Shown: positions 1 through 12,135 of the stretch, piece by piece
Layout: every line of letters starts with the position of its first letter
Position numbering within the stretch: the first letter of the stretch is position 1
Assembly (NCBI GenBank): GCA_030141605.1
Contig: JAQGDQ010002368.1
Coordinates: 806,001 to 870,000 of the forward strand
Length of the DNA stretch: 64,000 nt
From: Tubiluchus corallicola
Lineage: Eukaryota > Animalia > Priapulida
Direction: 5' to 3'
The notes under the pieces: generated by a model
What the model was told of the DNA's origin: nothing
Databases searched by the model: none
The model's input: only the letters and a program-made list of their open reading frames with translations
Made by a program: the position numbers and the translations under genes

Positions 1-135
1 TTTCACTTTATAAACTACATGCTCTTTTTGCACTTTTCTGCTGTTTCTTCCGGTATATCACCTAAAGAAATTTTACTGTTTTCCATTGTGCTATCTAAGT
101 AAATTTTACTATTTTATTTTATTGTATAACCTTAG

Positions 136-3100
136 ATACAGACATTTTGGGAATTCTACACAAGATTTGATGCAGTGGCAAAAGCTCCACATGCCATACG
201 AGTTTTCAAAACCTTCACTTACATGCTATTTATGATTCATATACAAACCTGTGCATTCTATGCTTTCTCTGAATATGAAAGAAACCAGGGAATTGTATCT
301 GACTGGATACACAAAAATGAAGGCAACGCGTAAGTTTACCATCTTGCCAACTTCTTAAAAAGAAGCACAGTAAAAAGCTGGAAAATAATGTCAAATGGCC
401 ACCGCTGATTATTTAATGATATTAGCATAATTAACTAGGTTTTGAGATCAGCATATAAAATACAAATTTTTTGCCTTCAATAATTAAATTAATTAAATTA
501 TGAAAAGTTTTAAATTGGTAATGCAAGTCGTCTTATGACAATACAGAAAAATGTCTATATGCTGAGCAATGATTGTTCAGTCTGCTTTTATAATAATAAT
601 ACTACAAATGTGCTGCTACCTATATGTTTGTGGAATGTTGATTCTTATTATGTAGCTCAGTATTCTGTTTTTTCTTTGCCTTGTAACTTATGTTACTGGA
701 TTACAGGTATATACGATGCTTCTACTTTGCAACTAAAACAGCAACATCTATAGGAAATAATCCAAAACCAGAACAGTTAAATGAGTTCTTGTACATGACA
801 GTGTCTTGGTTACTAGGAGTTTTCGTCTTTGCTTTACTTATTGGTCAGGTACATTTCTACATACATTTTGGCTTGCAAATTATTCACTGTCAGTGAACTA
901 TTTCAATGTTGCGCTGAAACAAATCTCCAATCATTTATTTAACATGAAATCTTGGAATAAGCTTCTAGCATAATTTTGGGACTGCAACAAAATTAAACTA
1001 TAATTAAAATACTCCTTACCTGTACAATTGAATGCATACTTGAACATTTCTGTATGTATTCAATTGTATATGCAAAGGTTATTTTTATTTTGATATAATT
1101 CTTTTGAAGCATCATGTTAAATAAATATTGAAATGTTTTGCAGTTCTGCCTGCTTTCATTGGAGATTTAAATTAATTCGTTATTTTACTGTTATACTATA
1201 ACTGTTGTTCATTACATACCCTAAACAACGAACATTCACATTTCCAAGAATAGTGAATAGCTATAGCTGTTAATATTTTGGTTTCGTATTTTGCTTTTCA
1301 GTATTTGTGTAAGCGCATTTTGCACTTTTAGGTTAGGGATATTTTCCAAGCTGCAAGAATGACAAAGACTGAATATCGAAAGACTATGGATATAACCATA
1401 AACTATATGCAGAATCTGAAAGTTCCTTCAGACCTTCAGGATCGAGTCAGACTGTGGTTTAACTATAACTGGGAACAGCAGAAAACATTGAGTGTGTTTT
1501 TATTTTTTAACATAATTTTTCGCATTTCTGAAAGAAACTTTTCTCTAACAAAACTTAAAAAGTTTGTAACTCTGAATCTCTGGTTTTTACATCTGATATT
1601 TTCTGGTGTTTTGCCGGTTTTTTTCTGCTACATTGTGCTGCATTTATTTTATATTTAATTGCTGTATGTCTAATAATAATTGTAAGAAAAATTTTCGTTT
1701 TTGCAAGATATATGCATGTAACATTTACAGTATCAGTTCAAGTAACAAATTGAACAAGTCCCATATCTACATAAATGCAGAGATAGAAGAGAGATTAAAA
1801 TGACTATAACATTGAGAAATTATCACCAATGTACATTTTGAACATTAAAATTATATTCTCTCCGCTTGAATATTTCTGGTTTGTGCCTGTGGTAGTGATT
1901 CTGTTATGGTTCTGCCTTTTACGCAGTCTAGTGATTGCCTTCTTTTCTAGACGAGAATGCAGCCCTTCAAATTCTGCCATTGAAGATGAGAACAGATATG
2001 GCTATAAATGTTCATTTTCAAACACTGAGCAAAGTTCAACTGTTTCAGGTAATTTTAGGTGTTTGTTCTTTATGATTATTTAACAGCACGATGATTATCA
2101 CTGCTGTATTTATATTTTTACAACTTTTCAGTCGTGCAATTTTTTATGTGTTTGTTATCTTTTTCAAGTCATATGTTACTTTACATAAAATTTAATTGTG
2201 AGCATTTGTAAACAAATTATTCTAATGTTTGCAATACTTCACTTGTTTACTTCAATAATTTATTTAAAACAGAACGTTTTGATTTAATCACTAAATATTT
2301 TCAGTTGACAGATCTGTATTTAAAATTAAATTCGCATTAAAAATTTTTGCAAATTAAGTATAAGATATAAACCATAATTTTTTTAAAAAAATTGTACCAT
2401 CAATTGCTATCTGGAAATCACTAAAAAAATTTTGGAGCATTTACAAACAATGATGGGTGTTGTTTTACAATAATACTATTTTATGATTAATTTATAAACT
2501 TACATTTATTCACTTAACAATATAATGTTTGTTACTGCATTCTCATTTTCTGTAGTTTCTTATTAAATTTCCAGGACTGTGAAAAAGGGCTGCTTCGAGT
2601 GCTAGTGTTACGATTGCGCCCCGTGTTATATCTGCCTGGTGATTTGGTCTGCAGAAAGGTACTGTTTATTTTTTATATAAATCTAAATCAGCATTATTTT
2701 GTAGAATTTAACACTGAACAATATCATTATATAAATATTAAGCAAACCTTTCTTGAGCTGACTTGTTAGAAACAAACATTTTTATTCATGCACATCTTGA
2801 CACTGACAAAAATACAATCCTGCTAGTTCCTTTTTTGGCTGTTTTGATGAAATAATTCTGAAATTATTACATGGTCCGTAAATAGTATTTTATTTAGCAA
2901 AAACATGCAAAGGTTTCACTTGTGTCTTTAGGGAGATGTAGGGCACGAAATGTACATTGTAAACAATGGCCAGGTTCAAGTTATGGGAGGAGAGAAAAAT
3001 GACATTGTTCTGGCTACTTTGCATTCTGGAAGTGTCTTTGGAGAAATCAGGTAATGCTTATGCTTCTAATGTTAAAAAGACATTGCTGAAGTAAAAAAAA

Positions 3101-6100
3101 GGCGTTTATAGAACATAAAATATTTTTTAAAATTCATGTTACAATTTATAGTTGTTATTGAGTGTTTTCGTGCTTTTTGTACTTCATCTTAAAAGTTGTA
3201 TGTGTTTTTAAGTTGCAAAATTGAATTGTTATAATGGCTGTGTTGTGTTCTCGTGTGATGGATGCTCAGTCTTTTAGGCACATATTTCTGAAACTTTAAC
3301 TGAGCATAACTGTGATAAAGCACAATATTGCTCGATAATTGTTATTTATTTATTTGAACCATCTCTTTTGACCTTCTCTACCTTCTCAAATGGAGCAAAA
3401 AAATAAAAACAGACCATAATAAATACACAAATGTATATGCCCATTTACACCTCTAAAATATATTAGTGTGGTGTGGCAAAATTAAAGCCAGAAATTAAAG
3501 CCTTTTAGATATTGACTGATCACAGATCACAGTTGGCAGAATTACATTACTAAGCCATGCCTCCCCGGTTTTTGTCTCACAATCGCTGGCTGACAGCCAC
3601 TGCCTTAGCCACCTTAGAGAATAACTATAAATATAGGGGAAAACAGGAAACATTGTAACGATTTGTCTCTTGTTCCAGAAAATGTATCTCTGTTATACTT
3701 AACTGACTACAAGAAACGAGTTTTAATTATTTTGCTCAAGGATATATGCATGGTGTCAAGCTTTTATGAGAAAGATTAGGCGTTGTTACCTTAAGACCAG
3801 AATGCTGATCTCCAACAGAAAAAATCTGCTGCTAAACGAACTTGTTGTAAACGTAAAATTATAGATATCCTTACTTGCATTTGCACTTAAATTATTTTTG
3901 AGTGTCTTGAGATCAAAGTTCAGCATGAAAATGAAAACTCTATTATACAACCTGAATCTGTAGGGTGAAATTTTTCTTAGTGATAAAGCAAATCTGGATC
4001 TTAGCTACTGAAAATGATTTTTCAGTTATACAAAAATACAGTGTTCCTTCACTACTTCGCGGTTCCTTTATCGCAGTCTCGCTGTTCCACGGGTTTTCAA
4101 AAAGTATTAATGTAAAATATTTATTGCGATACTTTCGCTGCTTCACGGGTTTTTGCGGTACTCCGTCTAAAGTATTTTACGTATGCATAGTACGTATTGT
4201 ACAGTAATGTATAGATTTGATGAATTTTGCTTAAAAAATCACAAAATGTATAAAAATATATTAAAAATATTAATTCTTACATTAAAAGAATATTATAGAT
4301 CATAAAAAATTACCATTTGCAGTAAATAGTGTATTTATTCGGCGAATGAATATACACCAAAAACGAAATGTAGTACCTGCGCCTGCTTGAGAATCTACTT
4401 GCCGACGTGAGATTGTACACAACACACAATTGGTTGATTATAGTATAAGTATAAAATAAGTATAGCGTCCCTCCCTACTTCGCGGAAATTCACTTATCGC
4501 GGGTGGGCCTGGAACTGAACACCTGCGATAAGTGAGGGAACACTGTATGAGTAAAACAACACATGCATTGCCAGTTTAAAACACTTATGTAAGCACTAAC
4601 ATTTGATTTTAAACAACCTAAGCTGCCCAGGCTAAACTTTGTGAATGTAATAGTTAAAAGGGCCTACTAACTTAAAGTTTAATAAATACTGTTTTATTTT
4701 GTTCCTCCTGCTGAACACGTATAGTGCTGAAGTAGGCATACTATATTTTTGCATTGTAGAACAACATCAGATTTCAAATTTAAAAAATAGAAAGCTAACT
4801 ACTTTGGCAAAGACTTCGTGGTTTTTAAAGGGTTCTGTGTTCCGTGAGGTCTTATGCATGTTCCGTCGGCATGAACATTTGTCTGTCCTTTTTGCCTAAG
4901 TAAAAATAATCTAACCATGTATAAACACACACTTTTGCAGTATATTTGGCATGTTTAGTATAATCTGCATGCCCGAAAATGTGAGTAAACATCTGGGGCT
5001 GTGGAGTGGTTCGCCTGCCATTGTGAGTTGGACTTTCACTGGTTGATTGACATTTTGCAATCCCTCTATTATGGATCGCTTACAATATGTCCTGAACATA
5101 AAAACTGTTAAAAAACTGTCATGAGTATATTTCTAAAGTAATAAAGTTTAATCACTTATACACATTATTTATAGTCTGTTGTCGTTGGCTGGAGGAAATC
5201 GAAGAACTGCAGATGTTAAATCTCGTGGCTTTTCTAATCTATTTGTGCTAAGCAAAGCTGATCTGCAAGACACAATAAAGGATTATCCCGATGCACAAGA
5301 AGCCCTTAAGCGAAAAGCCAAGTATGTGACAAATAATTTCCTATAAGTCCCTTACTTACGGAACAGAATATCAAGCTTCACTGTATGCTGTATGTGACTT
5401 ATTAACATTACTTATTACGAAATATTTTTATTGGTAAGTTAATCATTCATTTAAATGTTGAAAATTTTCAATTATATTTCAGTGATTGTATGTTGTAGGA
5501 AAATTATTGCTCAAAATGCCAAACGGGAAAGAAAGCCCAGCATCAAGGAGGAAGACGTGAAGCTAAAGCCATCAACTAGGCTTAGTTCCCACACTCCAAA
5601 ACTTGTGACAGCTGTCATCGAGGTTGGATAATTTTCCAAATGTTTTTTATAGTATTTGGACTTATTATTATTAAAAATGCACTATTTTTGACAATTCGAA
5701 TATGTGAACGTAATCAAATTTTAGTGTTTAACGCTTGTAGGCTCTGGATAAGAACCCATCAACACATGATAATGAAACAACACAGATTCTGACTGGCAGG
5801 AAGAGCAGATTGCAAGTGCAGAGTTCTATGGAGATGAGATCAACACCCGAAGAAGTGCTCGTGGTAGAAACTACTCAAGATGGTTAGTTAAGAATTTGTT
5901 TTGCTAACGACCCTCAGGCATACGTGTTATTATTGGCTAAATGACGTATAACAGAAATAAATGATCTGTTTGTTTTTTCAAAATTATTGTGCACTGATGA
6001 TTTATCAGTCATTGAAGTATGTACTATTAACTAATTGTCAATTTACTATTATGGAATAACATACATGTTCATTCTTAAGTGAACCTAAAAAGTCATTCTT

Positions 6101-9079
6101 CGTTAACTTGAAAAGTTAATATTTGCCTTGTTATTGCTTGTACAGTCAAACATTTACAAAAGACTTTCAAATGAAATGAGTATAATGAATAATGAATGTA
6201 ATGAATATGCATTAACTGTAGTTATGCATGTTTGTGAGTATTTCATCTATTATGTAAAAATTCTAACCTGCTTTTATAAGTGTGTCTTGCTAAAAAGCAG
6301 AGTGGTAATTTAAAACTGATATTTCACACCTCTCTTGTGTAAGTGTTATAAAGTTAATTAGAAATGATGTACAGATTGACAAAGTTCTACTAAATACAAC
6401 AGTATGGGTGCCAATTTATTTATCAAGGGGATATTAATTCATAAAATATATTCTGTGAGTTTATCAATTATAGTGTTTGGTAGTTATTTATGTTGCTATT
6501 TATGACTCAACCGTTTCAGGCCCAAAAGAAGAGACCCAAATTTCTTTAAAGAATTCTCTGAGCCCTACAACGACTGAACGGCGCAGTCGACTCTTGAAGA
6601 TGCACTCAATTCACGAAAACAGTAAGTATGATTTTATGTCATTGTTGAGTGTTTGTTTATCTTTTAATTTGTTTGTCACTTACTGCCCCACATTACTGTG
6701 ATTTCAAATTTATTTTTATCAATCTGGCTTGAAAATATTAGTATTGTAAATATCAATTTTGATAAAGTTGTTATGCTGCAATGTTGTAACTCTTTCAGCT
6801 TGAGTCCAAGTCGAGTCCCAAGTCTTTGGGGATCAAGTCCGAGTTAAGTCTCAGCTCATTCTGGCCCAAGTCTCGAGTCATTAAACCCAAGTCTGAATTG
6901 AGTTTTAAGTCATTATGTCTATGTCTAAGTCGAGTCTTAAGTCATGTTCACTTCAAATCAAGTTTCAAGTCAAAGTAATTTAGGATTTAATCGATTCCCA
7001 TGTTCTTGTTTAATAGTAATTGACTGTTGTTGTTAATTTTGGCATTATTTTCCTTATTACTGCACTACATTTATTACTACAAACATTGGCTAATGTTGAT
7101 GTTTTGCTATACATCAAACTATCCGTGCAAGATAAATTATTTTACAAATGATTTTACACTTAAGTTTGCAATGGTGTTGTACCGAGTATCTGTATGACAT
7201 AAAAGTAACTTTACAATCAGTAGTACTAATTACATTCTACAAGAAGTTATTCTAGTTACTTATTACATTTACTCTTATTACATTATCTGACAATCCTGTG
7301 TGTTCTTACTAACAAGCCACTTTGTCTGAAGACCCATTCAATTAATAGTCGCACTAATAGCTGAGCAACTAAATACTTTATTAGCCAGTTTAGAAAAGCT
7401 GCTGTTAAAAAAGCTGTCTATGATGTATTTTGAGTTTTTCTCATGCAACATCAAGGGTATGTTTAATGTTGTTAATTATTAAAGTTTTTAACTGAGTGCA
7501 GAGCAGATGCAAACACTGCTGCTGAACCTAGAGACTTTAAGAATTGACACTTTAGGCATAATGCAAATATGGCTTTAGACAATGAACACTGGTCTAACGT
7601 GGGATTGAAATGCTTTCACAAGTAATAACAATTTAACTATTTAGTTATAACGTGCATCATTATTGTTTGTTTTACTGTTCGTGTAGTCTGAGCCACTAAT
7701 CAAGTCAGTACTTTATTGTTTTGAGTCCAAGTCAAATAGCGAGTCATTTATTATAAGTGTCAGTCAAATCTGGAATCAGTGCCATGCAAGTTGAAGTCGA
7801 GTCTGACTCTGAGATGCTGAGCAATTTTCTCAACAAAGGCAATTTATTGATATTTTTTCAGTGTGCTAGACTTTTATGCTTACTTTGTTGCAAAGTATAG
7901 ATAGAAAGATTTTACAAAATAAAGAGATAATTTTATGCACATTATTTTAACTAATATTAGTTATTATTGTTCTGTCAGATAAAAAAGTGGATGACGAGCA
8001 AAGATCGGACTCTGCTTTAGGTAATACCATGTCGTCATCATTGGATACAGTTGACAAAAATAAAGAAACCAAAGAGGTTCCTAAAGGTGTGTAATTTGTG
8101 TACTTGTGTTTCTATAAAAATGTTGTTTTGTTACACCAGAAAGTCCTATTAACAATACTGTATATATTGTACTATATATTGGTTACCCACATGCAGCTGT
8201 TATTTTCAATGGCATCAGATTATTTTGGTAAATCACAGGCCTAAGACATGCTTAACCAAAAATAAAATTTATAGCGGCCTTAGTTAAGCTTCAGCAACAA
8301 ACTAGTTAGTTAAGACTTAGTGGTGTTATTGATTCAAAAAAGTATGAGATGTAGAAAATTTGTGCTTCAAATGAAGATTTTGCATTAAATATTTTTTTAA
8401 GCAGTTTACATCATCTGTTTGTTGACATTATTATGTGTTAAAAAGTTTTTATAAATTATTTGTTTTTGTAGATAACAAAGCTGCTAGTAGTCTAGAATCA
8501 GGCATCTCTTTAGAGGACACAACTTCTAAGATAGAGAAGAAGAAAAAGGTTAGCAAAAACCAGGTTGCTCCTCAAGAAGGCCCACTGAATGTGTGGAATG
8601 AAAGTAAATTTGACCGCACACGTCCAGTGTCTATTGTGCAACCCATGGTGAATGGCATGCCACTTCAACAACAGCAGTCAGCAAAAGAAACATCTTCTTC
8701 ATATAAAGAGAGTGATGACACATCGAGAAATGTGGACACTGCTGCTTTACCTGGCCAAACAGATGCCGGTGTAAATGCAACTGCTAACACAGAATCAGTT
8801 GCTGCTTCTGGGAATCTTATAAATGAAAGTATTGATTTTGATGTACAACCTCATGAATTAGCAACATTGAGAAGGGCTTCGATAACTCCTAGTCTAATGT
8901 CTGCATCACTTGACTTGGAAGATAACATGCAGCATGACGCCCGTACTTTGGATGCAGAGGTTACTGTGCACCAAGAAAGCAGTGCAGTAAGCAGTAGCAG
9001 TGCTGGAGTAGATAATTTAGCTTATGTACCAGAAAGTGATTCACCAAATGCTGTTAAACACAAGCCACCAAAATCGTAA
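136..9079 (+). CDS. CNGB: Cyclic nucleotide-gated channel beta subunit (CNGB/CngB-like), 5'-truncated by the window edge; 12 exons visible
   Basis: Phase-consistent GT-AG exons: 136-329, 707-848, 1332-1491, 1951-2048, 2575-2658, 2932-3050, 5175-5321, 5499-5622, 5741-5882, 6520-6621, 7979-8086, 8472-9079 (TAA). Translation gives S5 ([21 protein letters not shown]), pore helix and filter [21 protein letters not shown] (no filter Glu, typical of beta subunits), S6 ([18 protein letters not shown]), the C-linker, and a cNMP-binding domain ([20 protein letters not shown]...[22 protein letters not shown]). The last five exons encode a low-complexity tail and are supported only by splice sites and frame. 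Confidence 0.93.
4039..4545. mobile_element. Tigger/pogo-type (Tc1/mariner superfamily) MITE in a CNGB intron
   Basis: TA at 4037-4038 and 4546-4547. Left end CAGTGTTCCTTCACTACTTCGCGG; right end reverse-complements to CAGTGTTCCCTCACTTATCGCAGG. No ORF. Confidence 0.8.
6780..7812 (-). mobile_element. Degenerate hAT-family DNA transposon relic in a CNGB intron
   Basis: Arrays of (C/G)AAGTC/GAGTC subterminal repeats at ~6800-6975 and ~7700-7810. Minus strand 7295-7400 reads [17 protein letters not shown]/frameshift/[16 protein letters not shown], resembling the hAT C-terminal dimerization motif (ATSA.vERVFS..G....R). Ends approximate. Confidence 0.6.
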
Positions 9080-10329
9080 TTCACTTTTCTATGGGATTTG
9101 TAAGGTGTGACATCCACTATTAATATTAAGATAACGTAATTTTTTTTATTTGCAACAAAAATAAGTAATTATGAGGTGACTTAATATTGTACAATTAAGT
9201 CTTTTCTGTCCACAAAGTTAGTGTATAAAATTAAGTATGATGTTCGTCACATTTATTTTCAGGCACTTTTCAAGTTTTAAATCTGCAAATCATGTCTTTT
9301 TGCTTTTACCTCGTTTTGAATTAAAGCATGACAAACTAATACACTCATGTTTTTCTACTTTTTTTGGAATTCCGTGATCACTCCTTAATCCTATATTCCA
9401 ATATGCAACTAATACGTGAAATTTAAAAAAGTTTACCATTGAACCATGTGTGCTCATGCATAACCTGACACCCATGAAACAACATTGTTATACATTAAAA
9501 CCGAGCATTTTGGTAAACAACTTTTGAATAATTTATTAAATAAGGGATTACTCGTACGCAAGCACAAGATCTAAATACATTCACACATCTAACACAAGGT
9601 AAACCACAGGTAAAATCACAAAGTAGAACAGAAGAGGACAGGATTAAATCGAGCTGGCAATAGTGACACATCTTATACAATATACACAGTGGCATACAAA
9701 CTGGGTACCAAAATAATTATTTTACAAGGTATATTTAAAATTAGCTTAGGAAGCTTACAAAAGATAAAATAACATTACAAAATTGTATTGTTTTGGTGAC
9801 AATAATATAGTACATGTATAAACTATAAACAGTCTGCAATAGTAGGAAAACAAAAACAGAAACTTTCAAGGGATACTTGACTTGAGGACATTACACCTTA
9901 GCAAGGCTATACATAAATTGTCTGCAAAAAATTAATTTTTATACAGCAACAACCAGACAGCTCAAAAGTTTTCAATTCTTTAAACTGTGTTCATTTATCT
10001 TTGATCACAAAAATACTTTGGACTGTAAATGAATTACTCTCTGTTCAAGTGCTTTTTGCATAAGTAACAGTTTTCACTTTTATGACACTTTAATTACGTT
10101 AAAAAATTTAAATTCATTCTGCTTATGCTATCTGAATCAATTTGTGATGTTTAACATTTAAACATGTTAGCTAGTGATACTTTGGTTTATCAATGTGCTA
10201 TGAAACAAATGCAAATGAACTGCCAGTTTTCATTTAATGAAATAAGCTTCTGATGTTTGTTTTTGAAAAGTTTTGACATTTACCATGCAATTTTTACAAT
10301 CATGTTCATAACAAACAAACATAATGACA

Positions 10330-12135
10330 CTATACAGAAGTTGCCCAAGAGACAGGCCGTTCTTTTTTGCCTTCATTATGCTTTTCTATTAGTTTTGTCC
10401 GGCCTTCACTTTCAACTACCGGATTTTGGTTTTTACCGAGCGATGCATCCAGTGGAACATTAGCATCAACTTCCTCCCGCCACAAGTGATCAGTTTTTTG
10501 TCCATCAGAAAACTCTTCCTCATGTGTGTAGTAAGTGATTTCTCGTCTTTTCCAGAAAATGGCTATTAGTATTGCCAACAACACAGCAATGACCATAACT
10601 GCAATTGCAACTCCAAGTCTTGCATCCATGTTTAAGCGTTTAGCTCTAAACACCATAGGGCATGTCGCAATATGACTTGCATTCAAATTTCTGATGTACA
10701 TCCCAGCATACTCTGCAGGTGTTGCACATTTTAAGCAAGTGATGTGTTTTGGATCAGAAGTACAGTTAACTGGATACAATTCCTGAATCCACTCATACAC
10801 CGGACGAATTACACAGTTACAGTGCCATGGGTTATCGCTAAGAGAAACACTAACTGTCTTTAATTCATCAACAAGGTCAACATCAAGTTGAAAAAATGAG
10901 TTGCCACTCAGGTCTATATGGCAAGAATACACAGAAAGGTCTTTTACAATCTTTGGATCAAAAGTTGATAGGTTATTGTTCCTGAGAATAAGTTGACTCA
11001 GTCTTAGAATGTATGGAATGGAACTGCGTGGCAGCTCACTCAAGCTGCAGTTTGTAAGGTTAAGCACCACTAGCTCTGATAACATATTGAGCAAAAGGTC
11101 TAGTTTTTCTACATCAAGCTGATTTCCACTTAAGTCTATCTCTTCCAACCTACCAGAAATCGGTGCAAGAATGTTGGGATCAATTTCATCCCAATTGTTA
11201 TAAGCAAGGGATATACTTCGAGTCGTCAAACCTTCCAGAGAACTGGGTAGGATACCTTCACTGAGCCTGTTATGAGACAAGCTCAGCACATCTAAACTGA
11301 GTCCCTCAAATAAGTTATCAGGAATGCTAATTAGTTCATTATCATCAAGGTACAGCTCTTTTAACATCTTCAGACGTTTGGAGAAAACTCCTTTTTTAAA
11401 CGGATGCAGCCGATTACTGCTTAAGTTCAAATACTCAAGATTTGCCATATATTTGAATGTGTCCTCGTGTATGCCAGTTAAATTACAATTGCTTGCGTGT
11501 AGTTTCCTTAAACTATGTTGCACATCAAGGAACACATCTTTGTCTAAATACCTTATCGGATTATCATTGAGAACTAGTGTTTCCAAATTATTTAGCTCCA
11601 AGAAGAATCTTGCGGGAAGCAAGTGAAGATCATTTCTGCCCATATTTAGGTACCGAAGTTGGGGCAGTGGTGCAAATTGTCCAGAAGCTATCTCTGATAT
11701 ATTATTACTATACAAGTTCAAATGTGTCACCAAAGAAATGCCAATCAGTTTCTTTTCACTGATGTGAGAAATGTTATTATAACTTAAATCTAACACCACG
11801 CAGCTGGATAAACCATAGAATGCATACTCTGCAATGCCATTAAGATTAGAATGTGTAATACGAAGCTGCTCGATGTTTGGATACTTTCTAAATGTCGCCT
11901 TTGGAATGCCATGAATGTAGTTGGAGCCGTTTTCGGGTGCACCGATTGTAAGTATATTCGTCCGAACATCAAACCCCTGTGGGATACTAGTCAGTCCACC
12001 TTTAACACATAGTGTTTGATGCCTTCTATTTTCCACAATGCTGCATTCACATTCTGCTGGGCACTTGAAGCAACAAACCTGCTTCTTGCTGATTGTCAGC
12101 AAAATGACGATCATCAATGTTAGAAATCCCGCCAT
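10330..12135 (-). CDS. Leucine-rich-repeat single-pass transmembrane protein (signal peptide, LRRNT, about 14 LRRs, LRRCT, TM, short cytoplasmic tail), 601 aa
   Basis: Uninterrupted 601-aa ORF. Hydrophobic N-terminus; CPAECEC LRRNT; repeated LxxLxLxxNxL; NPWHCNC...C...C LRRCT; TM LGVAIAVMVIAVLLAILIAIFW followed by KRR; ends ATSV. In-frame TGA just upstream of an agcATGG start. Splice acceptor (ctgtgtttcag) at 12163. Confidence 0.95.
   Translation of the reverse strand: MAGFLTLMIVILLTISKKQVCCFKCPAECECSIVENRRHQTLCVKGGLTSIPQGFDVRTNILTIGAPENGSNYIHGIPKATFRKYPNIEQLRITHSNLNGIAEYAFYGLSSCVVLDLSYNNISHISEKKLIGISLVTHLNLYSNNISEIASGQFAPLPQLRYLNMGRNDLHLLPARFFLELNNLETLVLNDNPIRYLDKDVFLDVQHSLRKLHASNCNLTGIHEDTFKYMANLEYLNLSSNRLHPFKKGVFSKRLKMLKELYLDDNELISIPDNLFEGLSLDVLSLSHNRLSEGILPSSLEGLTTRSISLAYNNWDEIDPNILAPISGRLEEIDLSGNQLDVEKLDLLLNMLSELVVLNLTNCSLSELPRSSIPYILRLSQLILRNNNLSTFDPKIVKDLSVYSCHIDLSGNSFFQLDVDLVDELKTVSVSLSDNPWHCNCVIRPVYEWIQELYPVNCTSDPKHITCLKCATPAEYAGMYIRNLNASHIATCPMVFRAKRLNMDARLGVAIAVMVIAVLLAILIAIFWKRREITYYTHEEEFSDGQKTDHLWREEVDANVPLDASLGKNQNPVVESEGRTKLIEKHNEGKKERPVSWATSV

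Noticed and set aside
6800-6975. Short interspersed repeats resembling a CRISPR array (also the repeats at 52380-52415)
   Set aside because: Eukaryotic intron with no constant repeat-spacer periodicity. These are transposon subterminal repeats.
11324-11972. Short ORFs overlapping the LRR CDS
   Set aside because: Antisense or alternative-frame shadows of the real gene, with no independent coding features.
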